DNA from: Candidatus Cloacimonadota bacterium
Lineage (GTDB): Bacteria; Cloacimonadota; Cloacimonadia; G963667145
DNA: 64,000 nucleotides
Assembly (NCBI GenBank): GCA_963667255.1
Contig: OY762940.1
Span: 800,001 to 864,000, forward strand
Direction: 5' to 3'
A program made the position numbers and the translations under genes. Shown piece by piece: positions 35,787-47,719 of this stretch (its first letter is position 1; each line of letters starts with the position of its first letter). The notes beneath the pieces were generated by a model. It saw only the letters and a list, made by a program, of their open reading frames with translations, made no database searches and had not been told where the DNA came from.

Positions 35787-36050
35787 ATGTATGTAATAGC
35801 CGTTTACGATATCGGTGAAAAGCGAGTTGGTAAGATTTTAAAAATTTTTAGAAAATATTTAACGCGGATTCAAAATTCAGTTTTTGAAGGAGAGATTAGT
35901 GATTCAAAATTTGAAAAGCTAAAAATAGAAGTGCTGAAAGTGATAGACAAGGATTATGACAATGTTTTGTATTACAAATTGGTATCCAACAAATATTTAC
36001 GAAAAGAACAGTTAGGGGTGCAATTAGATCAAATGAGTGTCTTTTTGTAG
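35787..36050 (+). CDS. cas2: Cas2
   Basis: YVIAVYDI...IQNSVFEG. Confidence 0.97.
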   Translation: MYVIAVYDIGEKRVGKILKIFRKYLTRIQNSVFEGEISDSKFEKLKIEVLKVIDKDYDNVLYYKLVSNKYLRKEQLGVQLDQMSVFL

Positions 36051-36246
36051 TTGTCGATTTTGATAATTTGGGAAAATTTTTATTTTTTTCTTTGTAAAAT
36101 CTTTGTCTGAATTTGCTTATTTTGTTGTATCCCAATATGTTGTCTATCATTGGGCAATTTTACTTTATTACACATCGACGACAAAAAATTTCGTTTTTTT
36201 TAATATTTGTACTTGTGGAATAAGCATTTGTGTCGTAAAAATTACG
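36050..36246 (+). promoter_or_regulatory. CRISPR leader
   Basis: AT-rich non-coding segment between cas2 and the first repeat, with inverted GTTGTCGAT (36050) / ATCGACGAC (36174) motifs; the degenerate repeat is at the far end of the array. Confidence 0.8.
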
Positions 36247-39200
36247 CTTTAAATTAGACTACTGTAGAATTGAAATTTCCGCAAGGTAAATATCTTGCTA
36301 CGCCTCTTAAACTTTAAATTAGACTACTGTAGAATTGAAATTAAGGCATTAAAGATTGTTCCGATTGTATTTTTATAATCTTTAAATTAGACTACTGTAG
36401 AATTGAAATTTTGTTTGCCTTTAATTCCGTTAATTTCTATGTCTCTTTAAATTAGACTACTGTAGAATTGAAATAGATAACACAGCTGAAGACATAGAAA
36501 GAAAAAAAGCTTTAAATTAGACTACTGTAGAATTGAAATAAAAAAATTCTTTAGTCAAATTTTTTACCTCTCTGCTTTAAATTAGACTACTGTAGAATTG
36601 AAATTTTTTACCTTCCTTTAAGTTTAAAGTTAAAATCTAAATTTAAATTAGACTACTGTAGAATTGAAATTAAAATAGACTTGTTGATACCTTCCATAAG
36701 CCTTCTTTAAATTAGACTACTGTAGAATTGAAATAGTGAAACTTGATGCCACATCAAGTTTCTCCCTTGCTTTAAATTAGACTACTGTAGAATTGAAATT
36801 CAGCAAGCAATACAGTTACCTGCTCTTAAAAAAACTTTAAATTAGACTACTGTAGAATTGAAATTAAGGTTTATCTTCTTTTATAAAATTGGTTGTTAGT
36901 CTTTAAATTAGACTACTGTAGAATTGAAATATGTTTCTCCAAATTACACGATTGTGCCATGGTGGTCTTTAAATTAGACTACTGTAGAATTGAAATAGCA
37001 GTTGAGGGCTTGAATAAACGAGATTACCCTGCTTTAAATTAGACTACTGTAGAATTGAAATAGCTCAGATGACATTGTATCCCAAAGAATAGGTTCGCCT
37101 TTAAATTAGACTACTGTAGAATTGAAATCTCCCTATGCTAAAAATTACATGTTGCGGATTTGCCTTTAAATTAGACTACTGTAGAATTGAAATATAAGTA
37201 TGTCTTGGCTATAATCTAAATAATTAAGTCTTTAAATTAGACTACTGTAGAATTGAAATTTCATTTTCATTATTGCTTTGAACTTGTTGGGGGGCTTTAA
37301 ATTAGACTACTGTAGAATTGAAATATCTGCAACCTCTACAAATTCAGAAATAACATAGACTTTAAATTAGACTACTGTAGAATTGAAATTAGCATACCAG
37401 CCTATTATGTTTACAAAATGGATTCTTTAAATTAGACTACTGTAGAATTGAAATTGGATAGATGAAGCGTATTTCTTCATCGCCTCAACTTTAAATTAGA
37501 CTACTGTAGAATTGAAATTTGAAATATTTGTATGATGTTCCTAAGTTAGTTGCCCTTTAAATTAGACTACTGTAGAATTGAAATCTCAACTTACTCGTGC
37601 CATTAGAACTCAAATTGACTTTAAATTAGACTACTGTAGAATTGAAATGTCAAAGCATAAATTCGGATAGTGAGCTTGCTTGCTTTAAATTAGACTACTG
37701 TAGAATTGAAATGAGATTTTGGCTTCGGCTAATTGTTGCTGATATTTTTCTTTAAATTAGACTACTGTAGAATTGAAATTCCAAAATCCCTTTGTAAGTT
37801 TCCCTTTGCTTGTCTTTAAATTAGACTACTGTAGAATTGAAATATCGCCCACTGATAGCAAAGGTTGGAATTAAATCTCTTTAAATTAGACTACTGTAGA
37901 ATTGAAATCTCAATAAAGCCTCTACAATTGGAGATGCCGCTTTTCTTTAAATTAGACTACTGTAGAATTGAAATAGGCTTATACATGCTTCTCTCAAAAT
38001 GTTATTTGTCTTTAAATTAGACTACTGTAGAATTGAAATATGGGAAGTGAGCCACCACCGAACGAGGAAAGGGTGGCTTTAAATTAGACTACTGTAGAAT
38101 TGAAATCTTAGTAGATCCGAAAGGTTTTTGGCTACTTTCTGCTTTAAATTAGACTACTGTAGAATTGAAATTTGTGTAAAGGAGAGTAAAATGAGTGGGA
38201 AAAATGCTTTAAATTAGACTACTGTAGAATTGAAATCAAAAATACTTAACTGCATACTGGGATGAGCAGAACTTTAAATTAGACTACTGTAGAATTGAAA
38301 TCTCTCAACAAGAACACATCGATGTCAAAATTGTGGCTTTAAATTAGACTACTGTAGAATTGAAATAAACTTTTTTCGCAGAGTAAAAAACGGAGAAGTT
38401 CCACTTTAAATTAGACTACTGTAGAATTGAAATCTTGGTAAATCTGAGAGGTTTTTGGCTACTTTCTCTTTAAATTAGACTACTGTAGAATTGAAATAGT
38501 GTAAAAGTGTAAAATAACCAAAATCAGCCACCTTTAAATTAGACTACTGTAGAATTGAAATTCGCCTCAAAGCTCTCTTCCGTATATTCGCCTTTGACTT
38601 TAAATTAGACTACTGTAGAATTGAAATTCATTATACTTGGACAGACCCTGCAGGCGAAGGAGCTTTAAATTAGACTACTGTAGAATTGAAATAGATTACA
38701 GCCAAAGACAATCTCCCACCATTATTTCTTTAAATTAGACTACTGTAGAATTGAAATGGCGAATATAGCACTGGTAATTATAGTACTGGTAACTTTAAAT
38801 TAGACTACTGTAGAATTGAAATTCAACATAGAGCAACCGACATCGTCAAGTTTATTCTTTAAATTAGACTACTGTAGAATTGAAATACCAATTGATAACC
38901 TGCACCTATTGTGCTAAATTCTTTAAATTAGACTACTGTAGAATTGAAATCTATCTCTGCCAGTTTTGAATGGTCAAACATACGGCTTTAAATTAGACTA
39001 CTGTAGAATTGAAATGAACAACAATTGGTGGCAAAAGGCATTGAGGCAAAAACTTTAAATTAGACTACTGTAGAATTGAAATTCATTATACTTGGACAGA
39101 CCCTGCAGGCGAAGGAGACTTTAAATTAGACTACTGTAGAATTGAAATAAAGGATAGCCGTCTGTGATAGACATTTCTGAAACATCTTTAAATTAGACTA

Positions 39201-42200
39201 CTGTAGAATTGAAATCTCATTAAGGCTAAACTTTTGGCAAGAACATATTCTTTAAATTAGACTACTGTAGAATTGAAATACCTGCTTATAAGTTTTTTCC
39301 AGCTCGGAACTATCACTTTAAATTAGACTACTGTAGAATTGAAATAGAATTACAAAAACAAGCTGGAGGTTCTCAAAATACTTTAAATTAGACTACTGTA
39401 GAATTGAAATTAGGTTTTGTTCACATTAAGACCGTGAGCGTGAGCTTTAAATTAGACTACTGTAGAATTGAAATTCATTCATCACTCTGCCAAGCCCAAC
39501 CTGTGCTTTGGCTTTAAATTAGACTACTGTAGAATTGAAATGTAAATACTGAAAGTTGTTGGAGTGTATTTCCTGTCTTTAAATTAGACTACTGTAGAAT
39601 TGAAATAAACTATTCTCCTATATTATCAAGATACAGCATCACTTTAAATTAGACTACTGTAGAATTGAAATCCAGAATTCTAAAACGCCATATTTGCGGG
39701 TTAATTTCTTTAAATTAGACTACTGTAGAATTGAAATAAGGCAATCTTGCATTTTTACTTAATCTAAATACCAACTTTAAATTAGACTACTGTAGAATTG
39801 AAATTAACATAGCATTTATCATTTGTTGTAAATTTATCACTTTAAATTAGACTACTGTAGAATTGAAATATATCTTTGTCAGTATAACCGTCTTTATATT
39901 CTGCCTTTAAATTAGACTACTGTAGAATTGAAATGAAAGAAAAAGAAGAGCAAGAGAAAGCAAGAGCAGACTTTAAATTAGACTACTGTAGAATTGAAAT
40001 AGTATCTCTTGGGGCGTTTTTTGCTTTTAAGTTGTCTTTAAATTAGACTACTGTAGAATTGAAATTTCGCTAACATCTATCAGACATTTTAATTGCTCTA
40101 ACTTTAAATTAGACTACTGTAGAATTGAAATGTGTCAAACCAGCTTGCAACTTTTCTTTTAGCCTTGCTTTAAATTAGACTACTGTAGAATTGAAATATT
40201 TCATCAAATGCCGAGGCTTGCCAGTCAAATTCACTTTAAATTAGACTACTGTAGAATTGAAATCTATATACTGGCGTGGTTAAATTTACTTGTCCTGCTT
40301 TAAATTAGACTACTGTAGAATTGAAATTTCAAATTCATTTAGCAAATCCTCCTTGCTAAGTCTTTAAATTAGACTACTGTAGAATTGAAATATTAGAAAA
40401 CTATAAAAACAAACCTATCGAAACAAACTTTAAATTAGACTACTGTAGAATTGAAATAACGCAAGCATAGGCAGAGCAATAAACTATGTAAGCCTTTAAA
40501 TTAGACTACTGTAGAATTGAAATAAAACAACCATTAGAGCCACCGCTCCGCCGTTGCTCTTTAAATTAGACTACTGTAGAATTGAAATGCTTTCGGTGTC
40601 CATTCCACCTTGCAAAATAGCTTACTTTAAATTAGACTACTGTAGAATTGAAATGCAAATTTAACCTTGAAAGCTATTGTCGTGAGAGTCTTTAAATTAG
40701 ACTACTGTAGAATTGAAATTAAAAATAGGTTTGTAGCCTGACTTAATTGCTGACTTTAAATTAGACTACTGTAGAATTGAAATAAAAACATACAAACGGA
40801 AACAGAACTTTAATGTCCTTTAAATTAGACTACTGTAGAATTGAAATATTTTAGAAACCTCGATTGGTCTTTTTAAGATTTCTACTTTAAATTAGACTAC
40901 TGTAGAATTGAAATCTCCAAAAGTAGCAGCGGCTGCATTGTCAGCTGGGCTTTAAATTAGACTACTGTAGAATTGAAATATAATTTTGTGATTTGATGGC
41001 TTGTTTGTTTGTGTTTCTTTAAATTAGACTACTGTAGAATTGAAATTCACGAACGGATTTGATGTTGGAGTTTTCATCTTCTTTAAATTAGACTACTGTA
41101 GAATTGAAATAAGTAAACGCAAAAAAAAAGCTTGCTCAACTCTTGGACTTTAAATTAGACTACTGTAGAATTGAAATGGCAAAATAGAGCTTTCGGAAAT
41201 TTGGAAAGAGAGGCTTTAAATTAGACTACTGTAGAATTGAAATAAACCTGCTCTTTTATAGCCTTTAGGCGCTTTAACTTTAAATTAGACTACTGTAGAA
41301 TTGAAATACGGTCAAGTTTGAATTGTCGCCAGTGTTTATGCTTGTCTTTAAATTAGACTACTGTAGAATTGAAATATGTCAAATTCTGACTCTTCAATAA
41401 GTTCGTTTGACTTTAAATTAGACTACTGTAGAATTGAAATTCTTTATAACCTGCCGTATCAAGTTGTTTATTCTCTTTAAATTAGACTACTGTAGAATTG
41501 AAATCTGGAGCAGGGTTGAGCCTTGACGGCGCTGATAGCCTTTAAATTAGACTACTGTAGAATTGAAATTTTTTTATTATATTAATCCCGCTTAATCTCT
41601 CTTCTTTAAATTAGACTACTGTAGAATTGAAATAAAAAAAACGCAGAGTATTTGGAAAAAGAAAAAAACTTTAAATTAGACTACTGTAGAATTGAAATTA
41701 GCATACCCTCCTACTATGTTTACAAAATGGATTTCTTTAAATTAGACTACTGTAGAATTGAAATGAGAATACAAATTTGAAAACCATTATCCAAGAGCCT
41801 TTAAATTAGACTACTGTAGAATTGAAATAATCCAAACTACCGCCACTTCCACCAACCACAGCTGGCTTTAAATTAGACTACTGTAGAATTGAAATTATTT
41901 CGCCAGACCATCTTTTGTAATGGTAGACTCTTCTTTAAATTAGACTACTGTAGAATTGAAATGTAATCAATATTAGCTCAAAATCAGTTAGGATTTCCTT
42001 TAAATTAGACTACTGTAGAATTGAAATCTCTTTGAAAGGTGCGTTTGCCCCTACTCTTGTGCTTTAAATTAGACTACTGTAGAATTGAAATATCAGCAGA
42101 GCAGGAACGGTGGCAACTATAACAGCCTTTAAATTAGACTACTGTAGAATTGAAATGACTTAACAGGTGGCGAATTAGTGGCAGGTTATACTCTTTAAAT

Positions 42201-45200
42201 TAGACTACTGTAGAATTGAAATATGAATAGCGGCAATTATAGAATATGGTTGAGGCATTCTTTAAATTAGACTACTGTAGAATTGAAATCTATTTATATA
42301 ACCCTCCTGGCGTTTATGCTTATACTTTAAATTAGACTACTGTAGAATTGAAATATTCCTGCTTTGCTCAAATCAAAAATCATTTGAACTTTAAATTAGA
42401 CTACTGTAGAATTGAAATGGTTTCCAAAACCACACAAAAACGGATAGATTTTACTTTAAATTAGACTACTGTAGAATTGAAATTTTTTAAGAGTTTCATA
42501 TTCACACGCATTGCCAACTTTAAATTAGACTACTGTAGAATTGAAATTATAGCATAAGTTCATTATCGAGTGTTTTTTCTTCCTTTAAATTAGACTACTG
42601 TAGAATTGAAATAAAGGAATTTGGCGTGAAAGTAGAAGCCAAAGCTGGCTTTAAATTAGACTACTGTAGAATTGAAATTTTGTTGTGAATGTTTGGTTAT
42701 TTGTTAGTGTTACTTTAAATTAGACTACTGTAGAATTGAAATCGACTTGACAATGGAAGAGAAACGGCTAACGAAAGACTTTAAATTAGACTACTGTAGA
42801 ATTGAAATCAGCGTGGCACTTACTAACGACCAGTTTCTGAAAGCTTTAAATTAGACTACTGTAGAATTGAAATCTATTTATATAACCCTCCTGGCGTTTA
42901 TGCTTATACTTTAAATTAGACTACTGTAGAATTGAAATATTCCTGCTTTGCTCAAATCAAAAATCATTTGAACTTTAAATTAGACTACTGTAGAATTGAA
43001 ATGGTTTCCAAAACCACACAAAAACGGATAGATTTTACTTTAAATTAGACTACTGTAGAATTGAAATTTTTTAAGAGTTTCATATTCACACGCATTGCCA
43101 ACTTTAAATTAGACTACTGTAGAATTGAAATTATAGCATAAGTTCATTATCGAGTGTTTTTTCTTCCTTTAAATTAGACTACTGTAGAATTGAAATCGAC
43201 TTGACAATGGAAGAGAAACGGCTAACGAAAGACTTTAAATTAGACTACTGTAGAATTGAAATCAGCGTGGCACTTACTAACGACCAGTTTCTGAAAGCTT
43301 TAAATTAGACTACTGTAGAATTGAAATTTAAAACTATGAAGTTGGCTTATAAGCTCGTTACCCTTTAAATTAGACTACTGTAGAATTGAAATACTTCTCT
43401 TTGATTTTTATGTTTATGACGATGATGGCCTTTAAATTAGACTACTGTAGAATTGAAATTAAGCCAATTATTCAAGAGGTTAAATTTTTAGGAACTTTAA
43501 ATTAGACTACTGTAGAATTGAAATAAAGTCGTTCCCTGTTAAGAGGGTTTCACCCCCTTACTTTAAATTAGACTACTGTAGAATTGAAATTTTGCAAGTC
43601 CAACAAAGAGAGCAAAACCAACCGCCTTTAAATTAGACTACTGTAGAATTGAAATTTCTTTTAAATTAGCTAAGTCAGATTTTTTCCATCTTTAAATTAG
43701 ACTACTGTAGAATTGAAATAACATAGATATAAAGTAGACGGAACTTCTAAAACCTTTAAATTAGACTACTGTAGAATTGAAATAAAATTCGGGTGGCACG
43801 GAAATTGCAAGCGGTAGCCTTTAAATTAGACTACTGTAGAATTGAAATTTTTTAATCTCCTAATCTTTCGGCTACTTGACCTACTTTAAATTAGACTACT
43901 GTAGAATTGAAATACAATAACAAAATGGGACGAATTTAGGAGTTAAACTTTAAATTAGACTACTGTAGAATTGAAATATCCATAATCCCTCTCTATAAAT
44001 CCGCTTCTATCGCTTTAAATTAGACTACTGTAGAATTGAAATTAATAAAAAACATACTTTATTTCTCCGCCTATCACTTTAAATTAGACTACTGTAGAAT
44101 TGAAATAAATGAGGCAAATCGTCAAATCCTTGGTCGGTTATTCTTTAAATTAGACTACTGTAGAATTGAAATGGTAGCGATACTGAGACACACACTCATA
44201 AAACCAACTTTAAATTAGACTACTGTAGAATTGAAATCGACAAATACTTGCCTATCCCTGCCCGAATGGTGGCTTTAAATTAGACTACTGTAGAATTGAA
44301 ATACGCCACATCAACAACCTTTACCTCGTCCTGAAAAAAGTGGACTCTATTAGGAGGAAACTTGGACAAAAGAGAGAAAACTTTTAGATATTCAAAAGCT
44401 TTCAGAAATGAGGTTCTAAAGAATGTCAAAAACAAAAAATTGACGGTTTTGGAAGCGGGTAAATATTATGGAGTGGGATTTCCAACTATTTATCGATGGT
44501 TGAAAAAAGCTAATTATGACACGCCCTGTAAGGAGGTAATTTTTGTGAAACTATCAGATCAGCACTCTGCTTTGCAAGAGATTGAGGAATTAAAAAAAGA
44601 GAATCGTGCTTTAAAAGAGGCTGTGAGCAAGTTAACGCTCGATAAATTGTGCCTTGAAAAGTGTGTAGAAATTGGTGAACGGGACTTTGGTATGGAATTA
44701 AAAAAAAAGCCCGAAGTACAGGAATTGAGGAAATCAGGCAGAAAATAGTGGAGAAAAAGTTCCCTTTTAAAATGAATTCTGTTTGTAAATGGTTTGGGAT
44801 TAGCAAGTCCGGTTTTTATAAAAAGAAGAAGCACATCGAAAAAACAAAGAAAATTGAAGATGAGATTTGCTTGCATATAAATGCGTTACGCAAATTTGGA
44901 CTTATGTGTGGAGCAAGAAAAACCAAGATTCATTTAAAGGAAGATTTTGACATTATTGTGGGCAGAGATAAATTGTTTGATATTATGAGAGAAAACGATT
45001 TGCAAAGTAAATTTATTCGGAAAAAAGTTCAACATTCCAGTGGAGTTAAGCAAATCTTTGAGAATATGTTAACCGATGAATTTAAGAAATCTGTTACAAA
45101 ATTTGGGCAAGTAATTGTGACAGATATTACCTATATCAAATTGCCCAATAATAAGTTCTGTTACATTAGTTTGGTTGCGGATTTGGCTACCAGAAAAATT

Positions 45201-45708
45201 TTGGGTTATAATGTGGCTCAAACTCTTTTGGCTGAAGAGTCGGTTAAGGTTATGCGGAAAACATTGAAAAAATATAAGTTGCCTAAAGATTGCATACATC
45301 ATAGCGACAAAGGAGTGCAATATACGAGCAAATTATACACTGATTTTTTGAAGAAAAATAATTTTAGAATAAGCATGACAGGTGCGGGCAAATGTTATGA
45401 TAACGCTTGTGCAGAGCGAGTTTTTAATACTTTGAAGAACGAATTTGGTTTTAATGTTGTTTTTTCAAGTTTGAAGGAAGTGCTAAGAGAGTTGAAGAAT
45501 TTTGTTGATATTTATAACAATAAACGATATCATATGAGTTTGGATTATAGAACACCACAAAGTGTGTTTTTGGAGATGCAGAAAGCTGCATAATTAATAA
45601 AAAACTGAGTCCACTATTTTAGGACTGGACAGTAGAATTGAAATATGGCACAGAAATCTCTTATATTGAGGGGTTAAACTTTAAATTAGACTACCGTAGA
45701 ATTGAAAC
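36247..45708 (+). CRISPR. CRISPR array, 30-bp repeat CTTTAAATTAGACTACTGTAGAATTGAAAT, about 126 repeats, spacers mostly 34-38 bp, interrupted by IS3
   Basis: Manual count: 124 repeats at 36247-44302 (the one at 36641 starts with A), a partial repeat at 45632-45644, and a degenerate terminal repeat at 45679-45708 (..CTACCGTAGAATTGAAAC). Confidence 0.98.
44322..45631 (+). mobile_element. IS3-family insertion sequence, copy 2 (orfA 44362-44748, orfB 44748-45593), within the CRISPR array
   Basis: Same ends and identical translated ORFs as copy 1; flanks CTT / GTA, so no TSD. Confidence 0.95.
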
Positions 45709-45825
45709 GGAATTACCTTTTGCAATCTTTAAAATTTTGCAACTTTGAATATTCTTGAAAACTTAATATTGGTGTCAACCTTCAGTATGAACTTTCTAAA
45801 AACTTAGGAAAAAGTATTGACGAGA

Positions 45826-45853
45826 ATTTAGTTCAATAAATTGTGAACTAAAT
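45826..45853. promoter_or_regulatory. Palindromic operator candidate upstream of regulator/RND operon
   Basis: Perfect 10-bp IR ATTTAGTTCA-N8-TGAACTAAAT just after TTGACG (45817). Confidence 0.6.
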
Positions 45854-45867
45854 GAATTTTTATTGGA

Positions 45868-46362
45868 GTGAAATTGAAAATTGAGTTGACACAAAACCAG
45901 AAGAAGTTGATTCAGAAGGTAGTGAAATTAGAAGAAACTGCCGGTTCTAAGACATCGGCATCAGCTATAGCCGGTTTGATTATAGTTACAGGGAATGTTG
46001 GTTTATGCTTTGAAGACATTCAGGATACTTTAGGATTGAGCAAGGGGGCTGTGAGTCTTGGTGTAAATCTTCTGATTGGTATTGGCAAATTGGAGAGTTT
46101 CAAAAAATTTGGAGAAAGAAAAAGGTATTTTCGCCTACCGAGAAATATCTCTATTCGGGAGCATATTGGGGCTGCAGTGGCTCTGTGTCACAGCTATAAG
46201 GAGCTTGTGAATGAGTTGTTCAATTGTGATGAGATAGAGTTTGATGCGGAAACGAAAAGAGTCATGGAAGAAGATTTGGAATTTATGAAATTTGTTATTG
46301 GAGAGATAGAAAATTCTATAAAAAAATGGAAGGAAATGAATGGTTATGAAGTGCAAAATTAG
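45868..46362 (+). CDS. GbsR/MarR-family transcriptional regulator
   Basis: FEDIQDTLGLSKGAVS wHTH; GERKRYF motif. Confidence 0.8.
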   Translation: MKLKIELTQNQKKLIQKVVKLEETAGSKTSASAIAGLIIVTGNVGLCFEDIQDTLGLSKGAVSLGVNLLIGIGKLESFKKFGERKRYFRLPRNISIREHIGAAVALCHSYKELVNELFNCDEIEFDAETKRVMEEDLEFMKFVIGEIENSIKKWKEMNGYEVQN

Positions 46363-47719
46363 TTTATTATGCTTGATGCTGGCGTTTTCCGGATTGTTTT
46401 CGTTGTCGCTACAAGAGGCTAAGGCTTTGGCTCTGAAAAACAATTTGGCGTTGAGTTCTTCCGATTATGAACGGCAAAAAACGAAAAAGCAATATCGACA
46501 AGCTTGGGGTGAGGCTTTGTTGCAGGTGAATTTGGTCGGCGGGTATTCTCATACCAAATATGATTTTCCGAATGCCTATTCCGATTATGTAAATTATATG
46601 AATACACTAAAATCTAAGTTAGCGACTATGAGTGCCAATGAGCAAACTTTGGGAGCTGGTATATTGTATGTCAAAGAGGCTACAATTGCACAAGAGAAGC
46701 AAACTGATTTGGCTTACGGAGTTGAGGCAACTCAGGTTTTGTCGCTGAAAGTCCCCTTTGGTGTGAGTATGATGGGAGATGTTGCGGATTTGAGCCAAAA
46801 GCAATACGAATTGAAAAAACAAGATATTTTGTTTACAGTGAGTAAATATTATTACTCTTTGTTATTGGCGAAAGAAAAATTGCAGGTGCAAAAACAGGCT
46901 TTGGATATTGCCGAGAAAAATTTTGTTCGTGTGAATAGTATGTTTAACCAAGGGCTGGTTTCCCAATACGATTATTTGCGGGCTCGTTTGGAGGTTACCA
47001 AGCAAAAACCGCAAATGGAAGCTGCGGATAAAGATGTGGTTTTGGCTACTCAAAATTTCAAAAACTATATTCGTTGGAGCGATGAAGTTGCTCTTGAGAT
47101 TACGGACTCTTTGGTTGCTCCTAATATGAGCACTGGAAATTTGGAAGAGAGTGTGAAGAAAGGGTTGGAAATGCGGAAAGAGATTGAGATTGCTGGGATT
47201 GCAGCGGAAATCAGGAAGAAAGATTATCGCAAGGAGCAACTTTCGTTTTTGCCCGATTTTCAGCTTGGATTTGCTTACAAAATGTTTTCGCAATCTTCTA
47301 CCGATTGTGCGGAAACTTGTGATTTTGGCAATTATTGGCAGGTAACTTTGGGGGCATCTATGCCATTGTTTACCAGTTTTGCGAGAGTCAATAAGGTCGC
47401 CGTGAAAGAGTATGCGTGGAAACAAGCCAAAGAAGATGAGCTGAATACGAAAGACTTGGTAACGCTGGATATACAAAACAGTTATTACAGTTTGCAACAA
47501 GCTAACAAGGGTTGGCTTTCTCAGAAAGAAAACTTGGCTTTGGCTCAAAAAGCTTTTAGTATTGCTCAAGGGCGATATCAAAACGGGGTTTCCACACAAT
47601 TGGAATTTTTGGACGCAACGCTACAACAAAATGTGGCAGAATTAGGGTATTTGAATAGTATTTATGAATATATTATAGCCTGTGAGAGTTACAAGTTGGC
47701 TATTGGGGAGGAATTATGA
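46346..47719 (+). CDS. TolC-family outer membrane protein
   Basis: Signal peptide, LSLQEAKALALKNN, RYQNGVSTQLEFLDA. Confidence 0.9.
   Translation: MKCKISLLCLMLAFSGLFSLSLQEAKALALKNNLALSSSDYERQKTKKQYRQAWGEALLQVNLVGGYSHTKYDFPNAYSDYVNYMNTLKSKLATMSANEQTLGAGILYVKEATIAQEKQTDLAYGVEATQVLSLKVPFGVSMMGDVADLSQKQYELKKQDILFTVSKYYYSLLLAKEKLQVQKQALDIAEKNFVRVNSMFNQGLVSQYDYLRARLEVTKQKPQMEAADKDVVLATQNFKNYIRWSDEVALEITDSLVAPNMSTGNLEESVKKGLEMRKEIEIAGIAAEIRKKDYRKEQLSFLPDFQLGFAYKMFSQSSTDCAETCDFGNYWQVTLGASMPLFTSFARVNKVAVKEYAWKQAKEDELNTKDLVTLDIQNSYYSLQQANKGWLSQKENLALAQKAFSIAQGRYQNGVSTQLEFLDATLQQNVAELGYLNSIYEYIIACESYKLAIGEEL

Noticed and set aside
43656..43689. Spacer containing TTTAAATTAG like the repeat; also AAATTAGAC shared between the IS256 end and the repeat
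   Set aside because: 9-10 nt AT-rich matches are expected by chance
37325..43753. 8-nt overlap AACATAGA between the spacer ending at 37359 and the spacer starting at 43720
   Set aside because: Short, AT-rich and without other support
44036..44218. 60-aa ORF in the array
   Set aside because: Chance translation of repeats and spacers
36247..45708. Self-targeting spacers within the window
   Set aside because: None noticed by eye; this is not exhaustive and needs BLAST against the whole genome
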